Shown here in pieces: positions 40,561-53,030 of a DNA stretch of 64,000 nt. Origin of the DNA: Octopus sinensis. Its lineage: Eukaryota. A program made the translations under genes and the position numbers. Positions within the stretch are counted from its first letter, which is position 1. Every line of letters begins with the position of its first letter. The notes below the pieces were generated by a model that was not told where the DNA came from, did not search any database, and worked only from the letters and a program-made list of their open reading frames with translations. Location: NCBI RefSeq assembly GCF_006345805.1, contig NC_043004.1, positions 107,205,307 to 107,269,306 on the forward strand, given 5' to 3'.

Positions 40561-43189
40561 TACCCATATATGCATGTATATATACATATATATGTAGGTA
40601 TGTACATATATGTATGTATATATGCATATATATATATTTATGTATGAATAAATATATTTATGTATGCATATATATTTATGCATGCATATATATTTATGTA
40701 TTATTTATATCATTATATGATCGAACGCCATACATCCTTTTCCAAATAAGTTTTATACATACATATATATATATTTTGGTGTCCTGTACTCATATATGCG
40801 TGTATATATACATGTAGAGGTAGGTACGTACATATATGTATTTATATATATGCATATGTTTTATTTATTAATATATTATATATATATATATATATGATGA
40901 TGATATATATATATGATTGGCTTCTTTCAGTTTCCATCTACCAAATCCACTCACAAGGCTTTGGTCAGGACTGAACCCGGAACCATGTGGTTGGTAAGCA
41001 AAGGAAAACATTACCCTCTTAACATAAAGTTAATCTGATATGATCTAATGGGAAAGTTATGATCCACTTGCAACAGTATCAAAGCTCCAACAAGTCTCAC
41101 TATTCTTTCCTGTAATATTATAGTTACTCACTCTTTTCATCATCATCATCACCATCATTTTAAGATCCACTTTTCCATGCTCATACAGAACAGACAGAGT
41201 TTACTGAGGCAGATTTTCATTTTCTGCCCCCCCCCCCTGTTGCCAAACATCACCTGTCTTCAAGCATAATAGGTTAGACATGTTTTTGTAGAATATTGCA
41301 AATAAATGACACTGCTTGTACAATGGTGACACCTTTTTACTGCCATTATGTGATATCAACACAAAGAGACAGTATCACATACGCACACTTACACACACAT
41401 ACACACACACATGCACACACACATACACACACGCACACAAACACAGACACACAAGTTTGTTTCCCAATCACATGTTTCTAGGTTCAGTTCCATTGTATGG
41501 CACCTTGAGCAGATGTCTTCAACTAGCCTTGTGAGTGGATTTTGCAGATGGAAACTGAAAGAAGCTCATCATGTGTGTGTGTGCATGCGTACATGTGTGC
41601 ATGCTTTTGTGTATGTGTGTGTGTGTGTACATGCATGCATGAATGTGTGTGAGTCTTTGCATTTATCTCCTACAACAGCTTTACAACCAAAGTTGGTTTG
41701 TTTACTGCCCTGTAAGTAAGCAGTTCAGCTAGAGAGACCAATAGTATAAGTCCAAGGGTTGAATCATTCAACCAAATCCCTCCTTCAAGGCAGTACCTCA
41801 ACATATACATGGGCTCCTTTCAGTTTCCATCTATCAAACTCACCCACAAGGCCTTGGTGAGCCTAAGGTTATAGTAGAAGACACCTGCCTAAGGTGCCGT
41901 GCAGTGGTACTGAACTCAGAACCCTGTGGTTAGGAAGCAAACTTCTTAAGCACACAGCCTGCCAGTGCCTATTACTCCAGAATAAAATTATGTAAGCATC
42001 AATACTTTAATCTAATCAGCCTAAAAAAATGCCTTGAGTACCCTAGGTTTCTCCCTCTTGTAGCCACATCTAAATCATGATATTGAAAAAATGCAATTAG
42101 ACTGCTACTAAACTATATTTGTGTAGAGTACAGCTCACCTCTCCACAATTACTTAAATGTTGTTAATCATGTACACTGATTATAACCAATTAGTGACTGT
42201 CAAGTTGTTGTACATAAAACACAATGAAAATTTTGAAAATTTGGTGCATCTAACACCATTTTATTTCTACCAGTTACAATTATTGAATTTCCACCAATCA
42301 AGAAAACCCTATTAGGTCACATGATTACAGAGTTAAAACTATCATTTTTCAACCAATAGAATGACTATCTTTTGTACACATGAGCAATTTTACCACTCCT
42401 TTCAACCTTAAGAGTTTGAATTTGTCATTTTGCTTAGAGATTGTCATGGATTCACCCAAACTCTTGCCAAATGCCTGGATAGATAAGAACAATTGTTTCA
42501 CACATCTCCTGTTCTTTCTCTTTCACATATTCATAGAATGAGAAGCATGTTCAAGCTTGCAAAAAAAACTCAGAGACAGAAAGGAACATATTACACACTG
42601 ACAATCTTTCCCCCCACTCTCTCTCTTTCTCTCCCTCTGAGCTAACTTACACAAATATAAAGACTCATACAACATCTTTATGTAAGAACTCTTTTTTACA
42701 ATTCATTAATACTAGTCTTCTCACTTCAGGTTCTTCATTGGCCTGTTAAGGTCAATTTAATTGCTTAACAAAATGAAAATAAGGTTGTTTATTAACATGC
42801 AGTCTACATCATATTATATTTATCCTTATTAACATCAAGTAAATCTTAGCATAAACAGTATCCATCAAATACTAAAAGAAATCTGGAAAGTCTCAATACA
42901 GAATCTCCGAGGAAGATTCAATACATTTCCCTACAGAAGTATGACTTTGATATCAGAGATAATAAATAACCGAAGCCACTTAAAACCTTATTTCTTAAGC
43001 TTCAGTTGTATATCATTTTATCCCTAGACAGAAAATTAATATGCTAAAAAGTGCTCCACATATCTCTTCCTTGACATAACTAACCTAAATCAGAAATTGT
43101 TATAAATAAAATGGGTACTTTTATAAAATGAGCCAGTCAATGGGTAGAATGTTGGTGAGTAACATTTTCATGAATTCTCCTTCTCAGTA

Positions 43190-43440
43190 TCAGAGATGGT
43201 AAGTAGGTACCAAGGAATTGAATGACATTTGTTTTTTTTTTTGTTTTTTTTTGTTTTGGGTTGTTCTTTGTATGTTGTCTAGTTTGTGTTTTTGTGTAGC
43301 AGCAGCACCATACCATATGTGGGAGAGCAGGCTTAACTCCCTAATGAAATTATAGGGGTGCAATATGACATATGGCATGTCTTTAAACATAAATTTTTGG
43401 CAGGCAACTTTGCATGTCAATTTTCAAATTAGATATTATC
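43190..43440 (-). mobile_element. CR1/L2-like LINE fragment
   Basis: SHIWYGAAATQKHKLDNIQR resembles the EYCSHIW..LDRIQRRA motif. Confidence 0.5.
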
Positions 43441-43782
43441 AAAAGATTTACCAATGTCAAGGTCAATAACAAGCAACATTGCTCTTGCTAAAGTTTTTAA
43501 AGGGCAAGAGACCTCTAACATGGAGTTGGATACAGGATTTCCAGTAAATTTATCTCTACATAAAACCTAATGGTGATTGTTAAGAAAAAAGCAAAAGCAG
43601 ATTCATTATCACTATCATCATTTAACATCCTCTTTTCCACACTTGCATTGGTCAGATGGAATTTGCTGTATCACATCTTGAGCAAGTGCCTTCTACTCTA
43701 GATACAGGCCAACCAAAGCCTTTTGAGTGGATTTGGTAGATAGAAAGTGAACAAAGATTGTCGTATGTATGGATGTAAATAT

Positions 43783-44392
43783 CATATCAGGACAATTACC
43801 CCACAGGACAATTCTCCCCGATGGCAACTACCCCCTAGGACAATTACTCCCCTTGTTTAATTATCTCCTCTCCAATATATTAAGAAGTTTTAAATCCTCA
43901 TCTAAAAGTGCAAATTATATGCAATTCCTCACAAATATTGTATCACATTTATGTTTTCATAATGGTCAACTACATCATTAATACAGACTGAAACATCGAA
44001 ATATTTCTTTCTAGAAATAATCAGCAACAAACACATTTCATCAATATCAAAGTCTTTATTAGATTAAAAATAACACCATCAAAACATGAACATAAATTAA
44101 AACAAATATGCTTTGATCTCTTCTGGGCACCAATGTACAGTAGCAGTAGTCTTTCATGTTGTTCACTGACTGACCTTTCCTCTGAAAACAATCAGACGAA
44201 TGATTTGATCTCCATAAACAAATTATTTTCCTCCTGAAACTTATGAAAAGTACACACATAAAGCACACCTTTCTCTAAGCAGCACACTTAATTTCCCAGG
44301 TAAAAAATAGTGGCTTATACACAAAAAACATGGTACACATTGGGGAGTTAACTGCTTAGGGGTAATTGTCCTGTGGGTAAATCGCCCAGACT
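43783..44392. mobile_element. Non-autonomous DNA transposon, Mutator-like, inserted in a SINE
   Basis: Subterminal ggacaatt(a)cccc repeats are mirrored at both ends. TGTAAATAT is duplicated at 43774-43782 and 44393-44401 (9 bp, typical of MULE). Confidence 0.6.
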
Positions 44393-44449
44393 TGTAAATA
44401 TAAATATGCAAGTGTGTATATGTTTGTGTTTCCTTGTCTTGACATCATG

Positions 44450-44880
44450 TCATCATCATCATCATCATTTAACGTCCACTTTCCATGCTATCATGGGTTG
44501 GACGATTTGACTGAGGACTGGTGAACCAGATGGCTGCACCAGGCTCCAATCTAATCTGGCGGTTTCTACAGCAGGATGCCCTTCCTAACGCCAACCACTC
44601 CGAGAATGTAGCGGGTGCTTTTACATGCCACCGGCACAAGGGCCAGTGAGGCAGTACTGGCAACGGCCACACTCAAATAGTGTTTTTTACATGCCACCTG
44701 CACAGGAGCCAGTCCAGCAGCACTGGCAACGACCTCGCTCACAAGTTTTTTCACGTGCCAGTAAGTCAACGCAGGTAACGATCACACTCGAATGGTGCTT
44801 TTTATGTGCCACTGGCATGAAAGCCAGTTTATTGCTCTGGCAACAATCATGCTCGGATGGTACTCTTAGCGCTCCAAATG
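44450..44880 (-). mobile_element. RTE/RTEX 3'UTR with repeated modules
   Basis: 3' block plus about five tttta(c/t)(g/a)tgcca modules. Confidence 0.8.
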
Positions 44881-44944
44881 AATTTTATTCATTTCCAATA
44901 TTCTGTAAAAGCATGGCTGGCCATGAGGAAACATTACTTTGCTA

Positions 44945-45680
44945 GATAATATTTTGTAAGCATCCTGAGAGAAATGTTGGGCATAAGAAGCATTGGATGC
45001 AGTGTGCAGGAGAGACGATTGCGTTGGTACGGTCATGTACTAAGGATGGAGGAGGAGAGATGTGTGAAGTAGTGCCACTCCCAAACTGTTGAAGGAACCC
45101 GGGGTAGAGGTAGACCCAGGAAGACATGGGATGAGGTGGTCAAGCATGACCTTCGTACTTTGAGTCTCACAGAGGCTATGACGAAAGACTGAGACCTCTG
45201 GAGATATGCTGTGACTTCGAAGACCCAACAAATGAAGTGAGTTCATGGCTTGCAGGATGGCCTACTGTGCTAACCTTGGATCATAGAGTGACCCGCTGTT
45301 CTTGAGGAGACCTGTTGAGTCAAGTTCGTCAACATCAAAACTTCGAATGGTAATTGTAGTTAAGACACCAGTGCTGGTGACAAGTAAAAGCACCGTTCGA
45401 GCGTAGCAGTTACTAGCATCGCCTGACTGGCGTCCATGTCGGTGACATGTAAAAGCACCAACCGATCGTGGCCGTTTGCCAGCCTGCTCTGGCTCCTGTG
45501 CCGGTGGCATATAAAAAACACCCACTTCACTCAAGGAGTGTTTGGCATTAGGAAGGGCATCCAGCTGTAGAAACACTGCCAAATCAGACTGGAGCCTGGT
45601 GCAGCCTCCATGGCTAACCAAAACCCGGTCGAACCGTCCAACCCATGCTAGCATGGAAAACGGACGTTAAATGATAATGT
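44945..45680 (+). mobile_element. 5'-truncated RTEX-like LINE
   Basis: RT C-terminus (RLRWYGHVLRM..GRGRPRKTWDEVVKHDLR), then 3'UTR and tail. Confidence 0.82.
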
Positions 45681-46998
45681 ATGTGTTCTGATATGGCCAT
45701 GTAATGCATATGAATGATGACTGTTACATCAAGGGGTGGCAATCTCTAATTGTAGAGAGAAAATGTGGAAGGAGGAGACTCAGGAAGTCACGGGATGAAG
45801 TGGTGAGGAAGAGTCTTCAGAAGTTGGGACTCACGGAGGGGATGAAAGGGGACCGAGACTTCTGACAGTTTGCTTTACTTGAAAAGACATGTCAAGCTAA
45901 ATAAAAGCATAGTTGTTCTTGCATGTAGGCTTGTCCCCAGCATCCCTCTCAAACTGAGCAGTCCTAATCTTGCAGGCCTGTGGGTACTGGAGCCACATAA
46001 AAAGCACCCATACTGGTGCCATGTAACTGCACCCATGCCAGCGCTCAGTGCTGCAAAGAAAGCACCCAATACACTCTGTAAACTGGTTGGCATCAGGAAG
46101 AGCATCCAGCCACAGGAACCATGTCAAAACAGACAATCAGAGCCTGGATAGTTTCTTCAGCTGGCCACCCCTGTCGAAAATTCCAAACCATGCCAGAATG
46201 GAAAACAGGTGTTAAATGTTAATAATAATAATGATGATGATGATGATGTATGCGTGTGTGTGCATATGTGCACGTGTGCGTACACTTGAGTATACTCTAG
46301 TTTTGACAGCTTATGATGGTGGAAAACATGCATCATCATACAAGCAATGTTATTCATTTCCAGTCTTGCATGGAAAGCCTGTCTGGCCCTGGGAAATATT
46401 ACCTTGAATGGAAACAGTTAAGGGTTAACAACTGGAAGGGCATCCAACTGTAAAAAAATATTTACCTAATAACCTTTCTCCAACCTATGCTAGCAAGGAA
46501 AAACAGACATTAAAATTATGATGATGATAAAAGCTGAGAGGAATCTGTCCATATATGCTGTTCTGGTTGATGTGTGAAAGAAGAGAATAAATAATGTAAT
46601 TAATATTGGTCTCTACTTCTCTGATGGTTTTGCATTGTAAGTTAGCCCATCCTCTCCTGACAACTACATTTCTAGTTTAATTGTTACATTCTCTGCAATT
46701 GAACTTGATACATCAATTATTAGCCCAGTTATGCTGCTCTTCTCACTCATGCAATAATAAACAGCCTATGCTGTTATAGTGAATGAAGGAGTATGTATAT
46801 CAGTGGTTCACAAACAATTTGAAGCAGAGTGCCTGCACACTTCTGAGTGAATAAAGATATGTTAGGACAATTGTGCATAAAGTAAGAAAGAAAAAGCATT
46901 AAAAATGTTACATATTTTAGCCATTAATTAATTGTAGGTAGGGAGACTGTATTTCATTATACAAATGAATTAATGAAATAAGGTATCCATGTCAGCAT

Positions 46999-47448
46999 TT
47001 AACCCTTTCGTTACTGCATTTATTTTGAGATGCTCTGAGTTTCTTTCAATTACTTTAAACCTGACGTTACCAACCCGGCTGAAACCAGCTGAAACCGGCT
47101 CTGGCTCTCAATACAAATGTCTTGCTTCCATAAGTTTTGAATTAAAATCTTAGTTACAATTTATGTTCCTAACACTAGCTGAATGATAACTAAGTTATTT
47201 TACTAAATTCTTTGATAAATTTAAAATAATTGATAGAAACACAGAGCATCTCAAAATAAATACAGTAATGAAAAGGTTAAATATAATAAAGAATTTAGTA
47301 AAATAACTTAGTTATCATTCAGCTAGTGTTAGGGACATAAATTGTGACTAAGGTTTGGTGGAGGATTTTAATTCAAAACTTATGGAAACAAGACATTTGT
47401 ACTCAGAGCCAGAGCCGGTTTCAGCTGGGTTGGTAACGAAATTTTTAA
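46999..47448. mobile_element. TTAA-type (piggyBac-like) MITE with an inverted copy of itself inserted at an internal TTAA
   Basis: The outer copy starts ttaaccctttcgttac. The inner copy at 47055-47280 is bounded by TTAA, and the outer copy resumes at 47281 as the reverse complement of the inner left part. Confidence 0.75.
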
Positions 47449-47759
47449 TATGTATGTACCAGTTGCCAGGAATGTGTTTGATATGGTTTACCCAACTGTG
47501 TTACATTGTTCCATTTGGTGGCCAGTCAAGCAATGTGTTCATGGATCGTTAATAGTTTCGGTGATGTTGAAGAAGGGGCAAGAACTGAAATATGCATACA
47601 CACCCATAACCTATTTTTCTGTCTTTAATTACATTGTTTACATATGTTTTCATATACGAAATATCCTAACTTCCGGTACTGGCCCTAGTTTCTATTGAAA
47701 ATATGTAGAGATAACTTTTAAAAGTTTAATCACTAAATATAAATGATTTAAAATAAACA

Positions 47760-47930
47760 ACTTTTGAATAATACCTTGCCAAAAGGCCTTAGAGATCTAC
47801 AAGGAGTAGATATGAGTTTGTTCAAAGAAAATTTAGATAAATTTTTATCTGGGATATCAGACAAAGTCACATCATGGCAAGAAATGCAAAGAAGAGAGCT
47901 TTTCCAACTCAATACTTCACTATTCTGGAA
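47760..47930 (+). mobile_element. CR1-like LINE 3' terminal fragment
   Basis: Reads LPKGLRDLQGVDMSLFKENLDKFLSGISDK. Confidence 0.55.
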
Positions 47931-48739
47931 ATAGGACTGGGAAATGAGTCTTAAATAAACAAGTATTAATGTTAAAGGCAGTGCTCCAGCATGGCCATAG
48001 GCCCTGGATGAAACCAATAAAAGAAAAAAGAAAGAAAAGAAATACTTTTTTATTCAATAAATGTGGCCAGTTATCAAGACTTTATACTTATTAAGATTCT
48101 ATATTTAAAATTACAGTTTGTACTTTCGAAATTTTTTAGAAAATAATTATAGTTTTTCAGCATCTTACAATAAACTGCTTTTGGGAACACTATTTTATGG
48201 GGTCACTTAACTCAATAGGCACCACAGTCAAATCATCTGGAGAAAAAAATTAAAGAGACTGATAATATAGTCATATAAATACTATATCTGAAAACATGAT
48301 GGAATGGTCGTGGCTGGGAGGAGGCTAAAACAACAATAGCCTATGCTTCATTACACATCAAAAACAGTTTTAACATCTTTTCAGTTGATCTTTGAACACT
48401 CCTGTAATACACGCTCTTTAAGACCTAAAACATATCTGAGACTTTCGAGCAGAAAATAAAAAATCTGATACTTTAGTCATTGCAAATGACTATCCTATTT
48501 CCTTCGTAAGATATAGGGCAAAATATCCTTAATATATGTGTGTATGTGTATATATGTAAGTATGTATATAATGTATATGTGTGTGTGTGCGTGTGTGCAT
48601 GTGTGTGTGTTAAAACTAACTACTATATTAAGTAATTAAATTAATCACATGTTCTTCCTTAGCTGTTAGACTTACTATATAAAATAACAAACAACTCCTA
48701 TTTAGAGATATAAATAAACAAACAATTTAGCATTCTTTC

Positions 48740-49090
48740 ATCTAATTAATGAAGCAATTTGGTAGAAAAGAATACAGGACCTTGATACCATCAGGAAAAT
48801 GGCCATGCTCAAAATGCAAAATAGGAGTAGATAGAAATTCCATACAGTGTACCTTATGTGACCTATGAAACCACAAAAGGTGTAATGGAATCAAAGGCAG
48901 GTTGACAGTGAATAGAGACTTTACTTGTAGGTGTACAAGAGTAAGTAGCCCTCAGAGCAGTGGTAAAGTAAATTCTTTGCAAGGCTCAGAGGGCTTTATA
49001 GATGCAGTTGGTAGCTTCTCTTATATATTCAGCAGAGGCTATAGTCATAAAGGTAGAAAGGATAGAGTGGGAAGCCAGTGCAACTGAGGG
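48740..49090 (+). mobile_element. RTEX RT fragment with Cys-rich insert
   Basis: SGKWPCSKCKIGVDRNSIQCTLCDL*NHKRCNGIKGRLTVNRDFTCRC. Confidence 0.7.
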
Positions 49091-49879
49091 TTAAAACAGG
49101 TAGCATATTTATTTCTTTATTGCCCACAGGGGGCTACACATAGAGGGGACACACAAGGACAGACAAAGGGATTAAGTCAATCACATCGACCCCCATGCGT
49201 AACTGGTACTTGTTTAATCAACCTCAAAAGGATGAAAGGCAAAGTCAACCTCGGCGGAATTTGAACTCAGAACATAGAGTAAACCATGCCAGTCAATCAT
49301 GTTGCCTTGTTTTTGAAAAGTATTTGAATTGTTGCAAACTCATCTTGAAAATTTGATGCAGCTCATTTGTGAAACTATCACCCGAGTGACCATTTCCTTT
49401 CATACACTCAGGATTAGGAAAACAAGTGCCAGTAATATACTTGGAAATGTTCAAGCAATTCTCTATCAGTTCAGGTCAGGTATGGGGGTCACGTGCTGTT
49501 ACAGTGCATAGCTGGATTCACCATTTGTTAGTGATTCTCTATTCCTGAAGGATGACACCTTTGCAGCACTCAAGTGGCAACCCTCTAATCCATGGGTCAG
49601 TTTGGGTATTCATTGCTGGTGAGGAATTCTTTATGAGGTCAAAGAGCAAATCGTACCTCAACCTCTTTTAGTCTCTTTTTATGATGTACAGAGGCAACGC
49701 TGGGTCTAATCTTTGGCTTGTCAATCCAAACACCATACGGCACTCTATCTTCTTACAAAATTTTCATTTCTGCTAGTTATAAGCAATCATTATCTTTCTC
49801 ACATGAAGTCGGTGCCACAGTGTTCATAACTTGTGTTTGAATCATATTTGAAGCTATTTCACTTTACATATTCCTTTCT

Positions 49880-50285
49880 TTCTTTTACTTGTTTCAGTCA
49901 TTTGACTGTGGCCATGCTGGAGCACCGCCTTTAGTCGAGCAAATCGACCCCGGGACTTATTTTTGGAAGCCCAGTACTTATTCTATCGGTCTCTTTTGCT
50001 GAACCACTAACTGACGGGGACGTAAACACACCAGCATCAGTTGTCAAGCAATGCTAGGGGGACAAATACAGACATACAAACACACACATTCATACATATA
50101 TATATATATATATATATACATATATACGACAGGCTTCTTTCAGTTTCCATCTACCAAATCCACTCACAAGGCATTGGCCAGCCCAGGGCTATAGCAGAAG
50201 ACACTTGCCCAAGATGCCACACAGTGGGACTGAACCTGGAACCATGTGGTTGGTTAGCAAGCTACTTACCACTCAGCCACTCCTT
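49880..50285 (-). mobile_element. Family A SINE, near intact
   Basis: Close match to 21434-21830. Confidence 0.88.
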
Positions 50286-50380
50286 GATTATACCCTTTAA
50301 AGATAGTGTCAGTGTCACAACTTCTCATTTCTTTACTCTAAAATAAATCTCATCCTTCCTGCTGTTCTTATAAAAATATT

Positions 50381-50706
50381 AGTGAAAGCATATGGCTTAG
50401 TGGTTAGGGTATTTAGCTCACCATCCAATGGTTGTGAGTTCGATTCCCTGTGGTGCATTGTGTCCTTGAGCAAGACACTTTATTCCACATTGCTCCAGTC
50501 TACTCAGCTGACAAAACTGAGTTGTATGCGTAATGCAAAGAGCCAGCATTGTCACATTCTGTGTCACACTGAATCTCCCTGAGAACTACATTAAGGGTAC
50601 GCATATGTGTGGAGTGCTCAGCCACTTGCCCATTAATTTCATGAGCAGGCTCATCTGTCAACCAGATTGACTGGAACTCTCATCATCGTAACTGATGAAG
50701 TGCCAG
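50381..50706 (+). mobile_element. tRNA-derived SINE family C
   Basis: ggcttagtggttaggg..gagttcgattcc head and tccttgagcaagacactttat body. A reverse copy is at 57085-57410, with partial copies at 12290-12500 and 61340-61500. Confidence 0.78.
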
Positions 50707-51849
50707 CTTTATAAAAATACAAGAAACCATTATATTGTATGTGTCTTGGATGGGTCATTAAACCAACAAGTACATGCACTGGTACTATTTCAGTTCTCTA
50801 TTTTAATTAGTCAAGTGGCTAACCTTTTAACCAATCATCTAATCGATTGTTTGATTAATTGTTCAGTCAATCAATCAATCAATCAGCTAGGTTTATCAAA
50901 GCCCTTTCGTTGCCATTCATGACCTCATCAATGATACACCTCTCTACTCCAAGTCTGCATGAATTATTTTACAAACCATGACAGGAGGTGTCCCATTGTG
51001 TTAAATAGATATAAAATAAATTTCTCTCCCTGGATAGAATGCCAATTTTTTTATATGTAATTTTATCCTTAAAGTTCTGCAATCTGTTCCTCACATCAAA
51101 GTAAACTAAGACAACAGAATAACGTTTGATCCAAAAGCACAAGAACATACTCACAATGGGTTTTGATCTCACTAATTTCTCACAAGTTAGTAATCAAATA
51201 CCTTGACCAAACAATCTACATTACAGATATCTACATTTCTTATGAAGAAACAAACAAAAAAAAAAAGGTTGGGGTATATTTGACATCTAATATGCTTCAT
51301 TATATTTCAGATCACAGGTTTATATATCATCTCAAATTTCAGAATGTTGAATTTATGTTAATAGAAGCTGACATTTAGAGGTTTTTTATTTATTTATTTA
51401 TTTTTTTGACTGAGTATGGCATGAGGGTAGCATAGCAGGATGTCCTTCAATAGGGAAAGGTCAGAAAAGGACAATAAAATATTTGTTGGGTGGACATTAC
51501 AATGTAACGAACAATACAGAATAGAATTAATTTTGTCAATTTTAATTGCATTTTTTGTTTATTTTTCCAGGGTTCAGTTAAAGTTTTGAAACTTCAAAGG
51601 AACTAAAGTCTACGAAATAGTAAAATATGCAGTGACCTTTTGAGCAGGAATGAACTTTACACTGAAAACTTTATTGTTTTTCTCACAGCAGAGTGTAGCA
51701 GCATAAATAATAATAATAATAATAAACAGAAACATTCCTGTTAATAATTTAAGTCCTTAACTTCAATTGTTATTTTTTCTCGAATTTTCCAAACACAAAA
51801 ACTTAACAAATGAAATTACACAAAGTCTGGTTAAATGTCTGACATGAGT

Positions 51850-53030
51850 GTTGCTAGTAAAATTATAATTCCCCAAGTTAGTAGTCCAGATGTATTTACC
51901 CAGACATCATCCATATGCAATACATGTCTGTACTAATGTAATCATTTCTCGTCTACACTTACAACCAATTCTTTGTGGTTTTTCTTTCAGTTCATGTTTA
52001 CTAACTTTACATTTTAAGCGTTTTTGAGACATTTAAAAAACATTTTTCACACATCTTCTGCATTTCATTACCATGCAGTCTCATAGTTTGTACGTAAGCA
52101 TCATACAATCTGCCCTTCAATCAAAGAGGGAATCTTCTTGTTCTCAGCAGCACAAATAACTCTCTGAACTTTTCCCATCTATTCTTATTCTGGTGATTAT
52201 ACTCTCAGAACATCCCCCCCCCCAACCACCACTGCTAATTAGGTCATCTAGGTAACGGAAACTATCATCTACTTCTGTAGAGCTGTTTGAACAATGGAAG
52301 GAATTTATTTTACTGGTGCTCTCTGACAACTAACTACTTCTGGTAGCTTGCTCATACTAAGTCTTTATTTACTGTCAGCCTACCTTTGATTCCATTATAC
52401 ATCTTGTGCACCCAGAGATTACATTAAGTACATTATGAAATTTATACCTTTTCTTTTCCTATGTATTGAGCACAGCCATTTCAGTAGCAAGATCCAGTCT
52501 GCTTTCCTACTTACTAAAAATTTAATATTCACTAAAGTTTACTTTAGACTCATCAATTCTAGGTTTTGTTTTCATATCTGTGAATTTTATTTCTAAATTT
52601 TCTACAGTCCCTGCTGTAGGAACTGGATTATCAGCATTTAATAGTTCCCATGGACATTTGGTCTTACACTTTTCTGTCATAGCTTGGAAAACTATAATTA
52701 ATAGGAGTGGGGTCTAAGATCTGAGTCTTGATAAACACCTACTTGTACACAAAACAAAACTCATCACTAAACTCACTTTATTGACTACATTTCTCTATGT
52801 CGCTTGCACTGCTTTCTCAAGTCAGTCATTTACTCCTGGACTATAGATTGTGGTACCCAGTCAAAGACCTTCATCAGATCAATGAATGTTAGATAGAGGA
52901 GCTTATTCTCAGCTCAAAACTTCTTCAGGTATCTCATCAGGAAGAGAGCATCAGAAGTACCCAACCTGATATAAATTCAAACTGCATCTCATCTAAGCTG
53001 ATTTTTTTTCCTAATAAACTGTGCTAAACT
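51850..53030 (-). mobile_element. RTEX LINE RT, C-terminal part
   Basis: Begins AQFIRKKISLDEMQF and continues, frameshifted, through ..PLLIIVFQAMTEKCKTKCPWELLNADN, the Cys-rich insert, and DDSFRYLDDLISSGG. Confidence 0.75.

Noticed and set aside
51540-51620. Strong plus-strand acceptor tttatttttccag
   Set aside because: Stops follow in all three frames; at most a non-coding exon, and unsupported.
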